A DNA stretch of 64,000 nt, from IMG/VR virus record IMGVR_UViG_3300028029_000109. The stretch is one strand, 5' to 3'. Position 1 is the first letter of the stretch. Each line of letters begins with the position of its first letter. The position numbers were made by a program, and so were the translations under genes. The stretch is from a virus. The notes under the pieces were generated by a model. It searched no databases, was not told the origin of the DNA, and was given only the letters and a program-made list of their open reading frames with translations. Shown piece by piece: positions 37,838 through 47,777 of this stretch.

Positions 37838-38874
37838 GATGCGCAGACCATGAACTCTTCATTCAAATATAGGCCATCACCTCCTACTCTTACCTCATAG
37901 AACCTCTCTACTGTACTTATCCTTGTAAGAACAAAACCAAATCTATTAGGGCTTTTCTTTTGCAGCCTTGGGCTACATTTTTTTCTTTGTATTCTAACCG
38001 GAACGATATCCGTATTTCCAGATATCGTAACGCGATGATAAATACTTTTCGTTCCATTTTGTGATGATTTTACACATTCCCTAATTGTGGCTCTAAGCCC
38101 TAATGACCTAGATAGGAAGCAAACGTCTTCTGCAAGCTGTTTTGATTTTGAAATATAATCAAAGACTGAATTTGATCTTGATCCATCAGTGTCAATTAGA
38201 CCGGCTAAAACTTGCAACCTATCCTCTTTCGAATTACTTTTATAAAGTTCCGGAATGAATTTATTACCACACATAATATGCCTTATACCAATAGAATCGG
38301 CAGCTATAATAAGGGAGTTTTTTACAATTTGCTGTGTGCCACTTGAGAGATAATAAGAATTAAATCCATTACCCCCACCGTTGCTAATTCTTATTTTTAA
38401 ATTGAAAATTTCAGCTTGTCGATATACCTCATCAATAATCTCTTTATCAATAGTGGTAACTCCTATACTTGAACCAATATGCCCATCTCCGAGCAGTACT
38501 CCTAAAAAGTAAGAATCCATTACTACTGGCTCTTTTCCAAAATTAAAATAATTAGACTTTAATTTATACAGATGTTTAAATGTTTTACTTTTACTTATGT
38601 ATTCTGAAACCGGAATTATGAAATCTGGCTTATACGATTTTTCCGATTTTTTAGTAGTAGTGCTTACGATGTAAATGTAGCCATCTTTCTTGGAGTATAT
38701 TGATTGATTATTTTTAGTTTTCAACTCAAAAATTTCATCATAACATTCCGACACTGAAATGATTTTTTTATATTTTTGGTCTGGTGACGGGACAAGATCT
38801 CCAACTTTCAATTCATTTATATTTTTTAACCCGTCGAGAGTTACCATTCTATCTACACCCTTATGTAATGACAT
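37834..38874 (-). CDS. free-standing intein-derived (Hint + double LAGLIDADG) endonuclease
   Basis: Block A-like 'SLHKGVDRMVTLDGLKNINELKVGD'; 'YFLGVLLGDG' and 'LAGLIDTDG'; block F/G-like 'FYEVRVGGDGLYLNEEFMVCAS*'; own RBS (aagga) and no exteins. Confidence 0.8.
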   Translation of the reverse strand: MSLHKGVDRMVTLDGLKNINELKVGDLVPSPDQKYKKIISVSECYDEIFELKTKNNQSIYSKKDGYIYIVSTTTKKSEKSYKPDFIIPVSEYISKSKTFKHLYKLKSNYFNFGKEPVVMDSYFLGVLLGDGHIGSSIGVTTIDKEIIDEVYRQAEIFNLKIRISNGGGNGFNSYYLSSGTQQIVKNSLIIAADSIGIRHIMCGNKFIPELYKSNSKEDRLQVLAGLIDTDGSRSNSVFDYISKSKQLAEDVCFLSRSLGLRATIRECVKSSQNGTKSIYHRVTISGNTDIVPVRIQRKKCSPRLQKKSPNRFGFVLTRISTVERFYEVRVGGDGLYLNEEFMVCAS

Positions 38875-38917
38875 ATCTATCCTTTAATAATTCCAACCAG
38901 TATTGGTATATATAGCA

Positions 38918-41902
38918 ATGCCCAGATTCAAATTAAGAAGATATCAAGAAAGATGCCTAGAGGCATTTAATAGCTGGTACAACAGTAAATCAAAATCCAA
39001 AGAACTTAAGGATAGATTAGCTACAGTTATATTGCCAACGGGTACTGGTAAGAGTCTAACTGCGGTTTCTTGTGTAGAACAGCAAATAAATAAGGGTAAG
39101 CCTATTAAGGTTTTGTGGTGCGCTCATAGGGAAGAATTAATATCTCAAGCAGAGAGGGAGTTTATATTAAACATACCTGATGCTAATATTCAAGTAGAGA
39201 TGGCTAAAAATAAGGCCAATTCTAGTGCTGACATTATTGTTGGCTCAGTCCAAACAATGCGTGGTGACCGTGAAAACATGCGGGATTTTAAGCCTGACCT
39301 AATCGTAATTGATGAGTGGCATCACTACCACAAAGAGAATGTCCAATACAACGGTCTCATTGAGAGGTATCCGGATGCCAAGGTACTAGGCCTCACAGCT
39401 ACTCCATTTAGATTCATTGGTGGAGACTTGCCCCTTGGCATTAAGCTAATAGAAGTGGACATTGGTACGGCTATAGCCCATGACTACCTGTCCATCCCAA
39501 ATGCTGAGGTTCTTAAATCCAACGTATCACTTGCTAAGGTTAAATCTAGAGCTGGTGATTTCGCTGTTGGAGAGCTGTCCACTGCGGTGAATACCAAAGA
39601 GCGTAACTGGATGATTACTAAACGTCTAGTATCAGCTATTCAGGATGATGGTCGTCAAGGCATACTGTTTGGTGTTGATGTTCAGCACTCCAAAGACATG
39701 GCTCAGATGCTACGTGAAGTTGGAGTAAGGGTTGCTGAGGTGTACGGTGAGACGGACAAAGAGGAACGTAGGGTCCTTATGGATAAGATCCGTAACAGAG
39801 AGATTGATGTTCTCTGCAACTGTCTCGTAGCTACAGAGGGCTTCGACATTCCCCACTTGGATTTCGTATGTATTGCACGCCCAACTAAGTCACTGGGCTT
39901 GTATTGTTTAAGTCTTGATACAGATGTTTTAACAAAAAACGGATGGAAGAACCACTCTAATGTTACCAGTGATGATATTTTATATTCGCTTGATTTAAGT
40001 GATAATAAAATTAAAGAATCAAAAACTGTAGATATCATTAATAGGCCACTTAGCAGTTCTGAGTATTTTGTAGAAATTGACTCTCCAACTCTAAAACTTA
40101 GAGTAACCAATAAACACAATATGGTTTACACGGATAAGAGATCAAGCAAATATTCAATGATAACTGCTGAAGAATTATTAGGGAGAAAGTCCGAGTATAT
40201 TGTTCCAATTTCTGGTGAACAAGATGCTCCCGGTATTGACTTGGTAGATGATGAGATTAGGTTTATTGGCTGGTTTTTATCTGATGGAACTATTGTAGAA
40301 ACTAACAATCAGATAACTATAACTCAAGATGTCAATCAGTCATGTAATGATGATATTGAAAAATGCTTAAATGGCTGTGGTTTTAAGTATACAAAATCAG
40401 AGAAGACAAGGGATACTAAATTTAAATATAGTTCTAAAATAAATATATACACCATATCTAGAGGGGAGCCACGAAGTACTGATAAGCATCTTTCTGGATG
40501 GAGTCGATTATCTCAATACATAGATAAAAAATTATCCAAAAAACTAGAAAATATATCTAGACAGCAGTTATCCGTTTTACTGGAGGCTATCCATCTTGGT
40601 GATGGAGCCAAAATGAAAGGTCAAAGTTGGACAGGAAGATCTTATCACATAAGCACTGGAAACTTTGAATTTGCAGAGAATCTTCAAAGCCTATGTGTAA
40701 GAAGGGGTTTTAAATGCAATTTATCTAAGCGCTCTTTTAACAAAAATCCCCTATACTATCTTCATATAAAAGATACTACAAACGGGATGGTAGGAGGTTC
40801 TTCCTATACAGATAGAGAAGTGTTGAAAAAATCAGCTCAAACGATCAATCAAGAGCGCTGTTGGTGTGTTGAGTCAGAATACGGAACCCTAATTACCAGG
40901 TATAATGGCTTTGTAAGCATTGTTGGAAATTGTCAAATGATGGGCAGAGGCCTACGTCTAAGTGAGGGTAAAAAGGACTGCTTAATATTAGATATTTTTG
41001 ATACAGTTAAGGTAACTCAGGGTGTTGCATCCTATAAGAAAGTTGCGGCCGATGGCGACATTGATGGCTCAAGGCGCAGGACCGATGCTATCATGAAGGA
41101 AGTACTGCCCAGTAAGCTTGATAACTTTCCTGTAGTAATGAGGCTCGGCAAGGGTGATGCCTGGCAGATTGATAACTCAACATGGTTTGCTCCATCTTGG
41201 ATACTTGACACTAACCAGTGGGTAGTCACTTGGTCTAAAAGGACTGAGCGTAAGAAAATTGAAGGATTCAAGTGGTCTCCAATGAAATACACCCCAAAAA
41301 AGACTGTACTTCAGTCTAAGCCAATTGAGGTTCGTCACCCCAAGTATGGAGAAGGTATTGCTCATGACATCAATTATGGTACTGATGACCACTACCTCGT
41401 AGTTGATCTTGGTATCAATGGTACGAAGAATCTTGCTATGTCAGCCCTGGAAACAAAGGAAGACCAGTATGAGGTAATCAATATAGACAATCCAATCAAG
41501 AGAGCCTTCTACATTGTAACTAATGACTCTAGGTCTTACTGTAGGGTTATTGCAATGATTAAAGAAGACGATGTCTTCTCTATTGAAACTGATATCAAGG
41601 GCGATGAGACAACGGTGAACGAAGTTATCAGATCTTTTGCAAGTAACGATAACATGACGCCTATCGTCAAGAAGGATGCGACTTGGAGAAAGCGTGCTGC
41701 ATCTGATAAGCAGAAAAACCTTATCAAGAACATGGTTACATGGGGTAAACTAGATAGCGGCATTGATATCACTACACTGTCTGGTGGTGATGCATCCAAT
41801 CTAATGGATCAGGTAGATTGGAAACCGACCATTAACAAGCTCTTCGGTGCCAAAACTCGTCAGGAACTGGTTGGGTACATGAAAGAATTTGACGATGTTT
41901 AA
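38918..41902 (+). CDS. superfamily 2 (DEAH-like, Irc3/RadD-type) helicase containing an intein
   Basis: 'LPTGTGKS', 'VIDEWHH', 'GLTATPFR', 'TEGFDIP', 'QMMGRGLR'. Confidence 0.92.
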   Translation: MPRFKLRRYQERCLEAFNSWYNSKSKSKELKDRLATVILPTGTGKSLTAVSCVEQQINKGKPIKVLWCAHREELISQAEREFILNIPDANIQVEMAKNKANSSADIIVGSVQTMRGDRENMRDFKPDLIVIDEWHHYHKENVQYNGLIERYPDAKVLGLTATPFRFIGGDLPLGIKLIEVDIGTAIAHDYLSIPNAEVLKSNVSLAKVKSRAGDFAVGELSTAVNTKERNWMITKRLVSAIQDDGRQGILFGVDVQHSKDMAQMLREVGVRVAEVYGETDKEERRVLMDKIRNREIDVLCNCLVATEGFDIPHLDFVCIARPTKSLGLYCLSLDTDVLTKNGWKNHSNVTSDDILYSLDLSDNKIKESKTVDIINRPLSSSEYFVEIDSPTLKLRVTNKHNMVYTDKRSSKYSMITAEELLGRKSEYIVPISGEQDAPGIDLVDDEIRFIGWFLSDGTIVETNNQITITQDVNQSCNDDIEKCLNGCGFKYTKSEKTRDTKFKYSSKINIYTISRGEPRSTDKHLSGWSRLSQYIDKKLSKKLENISRQQLSVLLEAIHLGDGAKMKGQSWTGRSYHISTGNFEFAENLQSLCVRRGFKCNLSKRSFNKNPLYYLHIKDTTNGMVGGSSYTDREVLKKSAQTINQERCWCVESEYGTLITRYNGFVSIVGNCQMMGRGLRLSEGKKDCLILDIFDTVKVTQGVASYKKVAADGDIDGSRRRTDAIMKEVLPSKLDNFPVVMRLGKGDAWQIDNSTWFAPSWILDTNQWVVTWSKRTERKKIEGFKWSPMKYTPKKTVLQSKPIEVRHPKYGEGIAHDINYGTDDHYLVVDLGINGTKNLAMSALETKEDQYEVINIDNPIKRAFYIVTNDSRSYCRVIAMIKEDDVFSIETDIKGDETTVNEVIRSFASNDNMTPIVKKDATWRKRAASDKQKNLIKNMVTWGKLDSGIDITTLSGGDASNLMDQVDWKPTINKLFGAKTRQELVGYMKEFDDV
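39905..40930 (+). mobile_element. intein (342 aa) with LAGLIDADG homing endonuclease
   Basis: Starts 'CLSLDTDVLTKNGWK'; block B 'VTNKHNM'; 'FIGWFLSDG' and 'LLEAIHLGDG'; ends 'SIVGN' with +1 Cys; removing it restores helicase 'SLGLY|CQMMGRGLR'. Confidence 0.93.
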
Positions 41903-42113
41903 AAAGATACAGGTTACAAAGGATCTGCTTATTTAAGCCATCAAAATTTGGAATAAGTACCTGTCCCGTAGGGTATAGATGCAAAAACTGTGCGATTAAA
42001 ATAATGTATACAAAAAGAAAATGAATAAGGACATCTAGATAAAGGGTATCCTGACCTACATATAAAGATGTTCCGAATATAAAGAAAAAACATGTTAAAG
42101 GCATTGGATTAAA

Positions 42114-42593
42114 ATGAATAAAAAAATACCAGAATACAAATTCCTATTAAACGAAGGACTTGGAGATGAATTTCTCCCAACAAAAGGAGAGCCGGATGCC
42201 ACAGGATGGGATGTAAGATCTACTATAGATATTAATCTAACTACGGGTGATTATTTCAAAATCCCACTCGGATTTAGAGCATTCTCACCAAAGGGTTGGT
42301 GGTTTCAATTACACCCCAGAAGCTCATCTTTCGTTAAAAAATATATGCATAATTTAATAGGTATAATAGACGAGGCCTATTCTAATGAGGTAATTTTTGC
42401 TGGCCAATATGTTCCAGATTCTAAAAGTGGTATATTACCTAGTTTAAAAATATCAAAGGGTGATAGAATTGGTCAAATAATACCAATTGAAAGGCAGGAA
42501 ATGAAGGTTACGAGGGTAACTAAAGAGGAATTTAATAATTTATGTAAGCAGCGAAATGCTGAGCGTTCAGGAGGGTTTGGATCGACTGGGTGA
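42114..42593 (+). CDS. dut: dUTPase (trimeric)
   Basis: 'ATGWDV', 'PRSS', 'GIIDEAY', 'RIGQI', 'RSGGFGSTG'. Confidence 0.93.
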   Translation: MNKKIPEYKFLLNEGLGDEFLPTKGEPDATGWDVRSTIDINLTTGDYFKIPLGFRAFSPKGWWFQLHPRSSSFVKKYMHNLIGIIDEAYSNEVIFAGQYVPDSKSGILPSLKISKGDRIGQIIPIERQEMKVTRVTKEEFNNLCKQRNAERSGGFGSTG

Positions 42594-42787
42594 TCTGTAA
42601 GGACAGTATGAAGAGTTTATTAGCTCTAGTGCTGTCTTTATCTTTTCCTACTTCTTGTGCTAACAACCCTGAGCCTGAGCTGCTGCAAGAACTACAGGAA
42701 CGCGCAGAGGTTTTTAACTTGGACGACCCCGTTGAGTTACAGGTGAGCTACAGGGATAGCGTGAAATTGAGAAGGAGAGCCCTATAA

Positions 42788-43099
42788 GTGTTCTCTGGCT
42801 TTATAGAAATATGGCTGGGTGTGGCAAGATTCATAAATACAAACTTTGCATCTACTAGGAGCGGGCTCAGTGAATTCAAGGGAGCACTCGCCCCATCATC
42901 AATGCTTATCATTAACGCAGATGGAGATGTAGTACTAACCACAGTTGGCCTTATTCCTCCTGATCAAATCATATCTGTACTTGCCAAGGCAATGCAGATG
43001 AATGAGCGCATCATGGAAATGAAGCATGGCCCCAAAGTACATCCAGGATCAGAAGCAATTGCACCGCATATACCGACTTTCCAAACCAATAACTTCTAG
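42788..43099 (+). CDS. hypothetical protein
   Basis: 103-aa ORF, GTG start. Confidence 0.35.
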   Translation: MFSGFIEIWLGVARFINTNFASTRSGLSEFKGALAPSSMLIINADGDVVLTTVGLIPPDQIISVLAKAMQMNERIMEMKHGPKVHPGSEAIAPHIPTFQTNNF

Positions 43100-43628
43100 A
43101 GCCCAATCAATAGCCTCCGCAAGAGCTCAACTTGGTAAACACTTTGAACACACTATATCTATGTGTGGACTTACCCATACCTCTTCATGGAGAAATTGGG
43201 CTGATTCTTATGGTAATAAGTTAAAAATATATAAAAATGGTTCTATTAAAATAATACCTGGAAATAATACTGGTAAAATTACGGACATTTACTCTAAATC
43301 ATCATTTGAATTTATATCAAACAATTCTTATTGGGCGATGTTTGTGTACTCCCAGGACAGTATAGCCTTCTGGTTCATTGGTAATGACGGGGTATTGAGG
43401 GTTATATCCCGCATAGGAGATAAGTGGGTAAATACACCACCACTTTTATCAGGGTCTCATATATTAAAAATGATTTCAGTCTCCTATACTTTAGATGAAG
43501 TTAAACGCATAAATATCGAGAGTGCCGGAATTGATGAACAATTTAATTGTTCTGAAGGATATATGACTTCATGGCCCCCTGAGAATTCAGAGATTAAACA
43601 AATACTAGAGGAAAAGAGAATTGCCTAA
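43026..43628 (+). CDS. hypothetical protein
   Basis: 200-aa ORF overlapping infA. Confidence 0.55.
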   Translation: MAPKYIQDQKQLHRIYRLSKPITSRAQSIASARAQLGKHFEHTISMCGLTHTSSWRNWADSYGNKLKIYKNGSIKIIPGNNTGKITDIYSKSSFEFISNNSYWAMFVYSQDSIAFWFIGNDGVLRVISRIGDKWVNTPPLLSGSHILKMISVSYTLDEVKRINIESAGIDEQFNCSEGYMTSWPPENSEIKQILEEKRIA

Positions 43629-43848
43629 AGATGATGTTATAGAAATGAACGCAATCGTTACTGCCGCTAAGGGTTATGGAATGTTTGAAGTTGAACTTGA
43701 GAATGAAATGGAGGGTACAAAAATGATTTGTACCCTTGGCGGTAAGATTCGCAAATTCAACATCAAGATCATTGAGGGCTCTCAAGTAAAGATAGAGATT
43801 TCAGTTTATGATATGTCCAGTGGACGAATCGTTTATCGAATTAAGTAA
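43621..43848 (+). CDS. infA: translation initiation factor IF-1
   Basis: 'KDDVIEM..IV', 'MFEVELEN', 'GKIRKFNIKI..G..V.IEIS.YD...GRIVYR'; TTG start. Confidence 0.9.
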   Translation: MPKDDVIEMNAIVTAAKGYGMFEVELENEMEGTKMICTLGGKIRKFNIKIIEGSQVKIEISVYDMSSGRIVYRIK

Positions 43849-43864
43849 TAAAATAAGGAAGAAA

Positions 43865-44329
43865 TGTATGCTAGACCAACCAAGTAATTTTGTACCGCCC
43901 GGAAGATTGAAAGAACTACGGGGAGATTTATCAATCCCAGAGTCAGCTGGAAATAGATTTATTCTTATTCCCGTATCAGATGATAAGAAGGAGACTGATG
44001 GAGGAAAGGTTTTCTCTAGATGGTCTATCGCTGATAGAGAATACAAGGTTTGGTTCAATAACTCATACGGTAAGATGACTGATTGGCTTGGTCAAATCAA
44101 AACAGCTCAGGTTCAGTCCGACACAGTAGTTGCATGTCTCCTATGCAAGAAGGGCGATGAGATCGACTACGATGCACTTGAAAAAGCTATTGATGTAGCT
44201 GGTAAGGAAGCAGCTAACAACTCAGGATCTATCCATATGGAGAAGATTGGAGACTGGGAAAGGGTTGAGAAGATTATTACAGCTAAGCTTTTGAAGCGTG
44301 GGCTGAATGTAAATGTCTATACTCGATGA
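43865..44329 (+). CDS. divergent Macro domain (Poa1p-like) protein
   Basis: 'ELRGDLSIP', 'GQIKTAQV', 'IDYDALEKAI', 'SIHMEKIG-DWERVEKII...LNVNVY'. Confidence 0.55.
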   Translation, partial: CMLDQPSNFVPPGRLKELRGDLSIPESAGNRFILIPVSDDKKETDGGKVFSRWSIADREYKVWFNNSYGKMTDWLGQIKTAQVQSDTVVACLLCKKGDEIDYDALEKAIDVAGKEAANNSGSIHMEKIGDWERVEKIITAKLLKRGLNVNVYTR

Positions 44330-44398
44330 TGTAGACAGCTGGCCTCTAAGGCCTTCCAAGTACTACGTGAATGAAGATGAGTACATCGATATAGTAAG

Positions 44399-44761
44399 GT
44401 GGCTAAGGAAGGTCTGAAGAGTGTAGGTGCTGAAGTAAGTTATGCATCTGCACTCTGTGATCCAGATGATCCGGGTAAAATTACGGTATCATGTACTTAT
44501 ACACCAATTCAGCCCCTATCGTTCATAACTATGGAGTTCGATCTGTCTAAGGATGAAGAGGTTGAGGACTGTCAAAAAAGCGAATGTTTGACAGGTACGG
44601 TCAAGGACCCGTTCCAGATCATCAATCCAGAAACCCTTATGAACACTCAGATTACTCTCATGAATCAAAGATCTACGATTGTTCAGGTTGTGATACTTCA
44701 GACATCTACGTCTGTAACTTTCCCCATGACGGAGAAGAACCCTGATAAACTGTACTCATAA
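44399..44761 (+). CDS. hypothetical protein
   Basis: 120-aa ORF, GTG start. Confidence 0.35.
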   Translation: MAKEGLKSVGAEVSYASALCDPDDPGKITVSCTYTPIQPLSFITMEFDLSKDEEVEDCQKSECLTGTVKDPFQIINPETLMNTQITLMNQRSTIVQVVILQTSTSVTFPMTEKNPDKLYS

Positions 44762-44911
44762 AATGAAATCTTAGAAGGTATTATATTTTCTGCAGAATAT
44801 AGTCGTAAACCATCTAATACCCAGCACCTTTTCCCTCATTGAAACCTAGCCTTTCCTGGGTTTTCCTGGGTTTTCTTTTTGCCATTTTACACTTTATACA
44901 TGTTTTATCAT

Positions 44912-45673
44912 TCACTCCCAAGGAACTCTATCCATTTTATAATTTACAAACCCCTCTATTGATGCAAAGTCCAATCCGCAGCAGTCTATTTTACCCCTTC
45001 TCAACTGGTAATGCGTAACTAATCCCGAATACTCAGTTGGATTTTCCATTACAGTAGTGAGAGATTCATTATTACCATCTCTTGGAAATGTAGACGGTAC
45101 ATCTGGAAACAACTCACAAAAACCCCATATAAGATGGTTAAGAGACTTCATTTGTGCATCAGTAAATGTATGAACTTTTAGAGTGGTACCGTGAATTGGA
45201 GCTACAGTGTTGCCATGCTCTGGCACGTCCCATTTTTTCCTATCCCCTGCATCATACATATCTGCATCATATAATTGAGGCATCATTGCCATCTCAACCC
45301 CTGGACCCATTGAATTAAATGAGGTGCCGTCAGTGTGACGTCCTTGAGACCACCCGAGTTTGTTAATCGGAAGATGTTGATAAATTGTTGCGAACCCATC
45401 CTCATCGCAGTCGTCGTCTATGGAGAAATTAGCTGATAAACCTCTAGCTTTCAGTCCATTAAAGCAGTGTTTTGCTCGATAAGTAACTGACCAATGGACA
45501 GTGAACTGTGAGATCTTCTTCCGAAGAGACTCAAGGTCTTTACACTTGGTTGGAGTGTACTTCCACGTATTAATCAGGTTGAACCCTTGAGGTTCATCCC
45601 ATTTAACAACTCGGCATCCAATATCGAATGCGTCCTCTTCCCTATCTGTTGCCCAAATCTTAGTATTACTCAT
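44912..45673 (-). CDS. N-acetylmuramoyl-L-alanine amidase (Amidase_2-like, putative endolysin)
   Basis: 'QFTVHWS', 'GLSANFSID', 'TIYQHL', 'GVEM', 'FTDAQMKSL', 'VTHYQL...KIDC'. Confidence 0.75.
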   Translation of the reverse strand: MSNTKIWATDREEDAFDIGCRVVKWDEPQGFNLINTWKYTPTKCKDLESLRKKISQFTVHWSVTYRAKHCFNGLKARGLSANFSIDDDCDEDGFATIYQHLPINKLGWSQGRHTDGTSFNSMGPGVEMAMMPQLYDADMYDAGDRKKWDVPEHGNTVAPIHGTTLKVHTFTDAQMKSLNHLIWGFCELFPDVPSTFPRDGNNESLTTVMENPTEYSGLVTHYQLRRGKIDCCGLDFASIEGFVNYKMDRVPWE

Positions 45674-45714
45674 ATATTCTCCCTACTGAGATATGGCAAA
45701 GAAGTAGTAAGGAG

Positions 45715-45996
45715 CTATCTCAAGGCTTTATTCATCAATGCTGATTTACAAGAAACAACACTAACTGACTCCCGTGCATGTGCTGTAGGCAAAAACAACC
45801 TGGATTTTAGTCCGGAATTATAGACAACAACTCCGTAGACATAAGAACAAATAGAACAGATTAAACAAAGCTCTTGTCCATTTGATTTTAATACATACCA
45901 ATTATGAGTGAGAAGATCCTCAGAATCTGCGTGTTTTATCAGATATTTAAGCTTTTCGTCCTCTGACTTAAGCATATCATCTTCTAGTATGAGCAT
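45715..45996 (-). CDS. small H...CxxC...C protein
   Basis: 'THNW...ICSIC...VVSCKSALMNKALR'. Confidence 0.6.
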   Translation of the reverse strand: MLILEDDMLKSEDEKLKYLIKHADSEDLLTHNWYVLKSNGQELCLICSICSYVYGVVVYNSGLKSRLFLPTAHARESVSVVSCKSALMNKALR

Positions 45997-46115
45997 GCCT
46001 CCTCCTAAAATTTTATAAAATACCTTATATTACCATATTATTTCAGCATTAGTCTTTCCTATAGTAATATACCGTCATATTTATAGATTTCTAATGGGAT
46101 AACTTTGGGTTTTAT

Positions 46116-47162
46116 ATGAAAAGACTAATTACACTAGCCAACTTGTTTGATAAGATGGCAAATCGTGAAAATCGTAGAGCGATTCAGCCTGCATGGCAGC
46201 AGCGACAAGAGTTTCAGGATCAGTTGGTACCTCAATCATCTCAGCCTGCTAAGTTGGAATCTGACCAGTGGGATATGGATAATTTTGACTTCGGAGCAAG
46301 TCCTGAACCAGCTATTGCGGCTGAGCCCCTATACGAAAATATAAACACTCAAGGCGGACCACCATCTGCACCACCATTTTCTGGGGCAATACAATCAGGG
46401 CAGCCATTTGAAGGACTTGACATTACCCCTGTTAGAGAAGAGCGGACAGAACGTCCAAAAAAGAAGAAGAGGGAAAAGGAGAAAACTCCCGCTCAACTTG
46501 CCGATGAATATTGGGCAGATAAGGCTGAGAAAAATCCAATCAACATTAAAGAATGGCATGAGCAAATTGCAAATCTCGACCAGAAAAAGAAGGATGAGAA
46601 AGAACCAGCTATGCCTGAGGATGAGGCTTTCGAGCAGGCTGACGAGCGACTTCAAGAAATTGAAAGTGAAATTAAAAGATTAATTGAATCCATTGATGGA
46701 AAAAGATTATCTATGCTTATGGATGAGAGGGAAGCTTCTTCGTATTCTAAGAAAATGCGAACGCAAGGTATGGGTGGCGAAATTAAAGAGGTTCGCTTTG
46801 AAAGGAATGAATATACCCCTGACGGCAAGCCATTTTCTAAGTGGGTTCTTATTAAACCTGGTACTGGTGGTGAAGTAGTATCAGTACTACAGGACGTTTA
46901 TAAACTAAAAGCTAACTATAACAATATTAGGGGTTCAAAAAGGAGTAGGAAGGGTAGGGAATCAGTAGCGAAGAGTGATAGGTTAGATAAAATGCTAGAA
47001 CAACTGGAAAACGCTCAAAGAGGGCAGTCTAGGGTTAGCCCAAATCCTGAGCTAAAAGAAGAAATTAAACCAAACGAAAGAAGAGAGATGTACAAAAGGA
47101 AATTCGAAGAAGGGGGTGCGAAGAAATCCCACACTAATAGATTTGAAGTTTTCTATAAGTAA
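46116..47162 (+). CDS. hypothetical protein (acidic, charged)
   Basis: 348-aa uninterrupted ORF followed by a terminator. Confidence 0.75.
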   Translation: MKRLITLANLFDKMANRENRRAIQPAWQQRQEFQDQLVPQSSQPAKLESDQWDMDNFDFGASPEPAIAAEPLYENINTQGGPPSAPPFSGAIQSGQPFEGLDITPVREERTERPKKKKREKEKTPAQLADEYWADKAEKNPINIKEWHEQIANLDQKKKDEKEPAMPEDEAFEQADERLQEIESEIKRLIESIDGKRLSMLMDEREASSYSKKMRTQGMGGEIKEVRFERNEYTPDGKPFSKWVLIKPGTGGEVVSVLQDVYKLKANYNNIRGSKRSRKGRESVAKSDRLDKMLEQLENAQRGQSRVSPNPELKEEIKPNERREMYKRKFEEGGAKKSHTNRFEVFYK

Positions 47163-47192
47163 AAAAAAAGCACCTTCTAGGTGTTTTTTTTA
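47161..47192. terminator. bidirectional intrinsic terminator
   Basis: A9-GCACC-TTCTA-GGTGT-T-tract between convergent genes. Confidence 0.75.
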
Positions 47193-47298
47193 TTTTAGAA
47201 GTATCTTTCTCATAATCAACTGCCTTATTATACTCGACTTCATAAAGCACCGTGAGGTATCCTATAACATTTCTAGACTGTCCGGGATCACCTGTAAC

Positions 47299-47616
47299 CT
47301 AACAGATGTGTTTTGATTCTGATTCAGCCCTTTTCCAAATCTCATGAACAACATCAATCTCAGAAACTATAGGAATGGGGTAGTTAAAGTACACAACTAG
47401 TCTGCCAAATTTTTGTTTTACCTGGACTAGCGTAAAGCTTTCCAACTGCTCCGGCGTAAGATTTTCAGTAATGTACTTCTCAGTCTCAAGACCGTACTTA
47501 ACCATCAAGTCGTACCAACCATCTTTGATTACGAATTCAATATTACTCTTCCCAAACTTGAAGGTATTGGGACACATTTCGTAAAGCTTAATTATTTTAT
47601 CCTCTGATACAGACAT
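47299..47616 (-). CDS. phage hypothetical protein
   Basis: 'DGWYDL...QVKQKFGRL..YF'. Confidence 0.6.
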   Translation of the reverse strand: MSVSEDKIIKLYEMCPNTFKFGKSNIEFVIKDGWYDLMVKYGLETEKYITENLTPEQLESFTLVQVKQKFGRLVVYFNYPIPIVSEIDVVHEIWKRAESESKHIC

Positions 47617-47654
47617 AAATTAAATATTACCTAGTTACTCCATAGTCCATAAGC

Positions 47655-47688
47655 AAAAAAACGCCCGCATCTTAACGACACGGGCGCT
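47655..47688 (-). terminator. intrinsic terminator
   Basis: Reverse strand GCGCCCGT...GCGGGCGT followed by a T-tract. Confidence 0.7.
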
Positions 47689-47777
47689 CCTATATAGGTT
47701 GGCTATATAGGTTGGTTTTATCCCCAGTTACCCAAAGATACGGTAACTATACCAAAAATGCACACAATGTCAATGTC

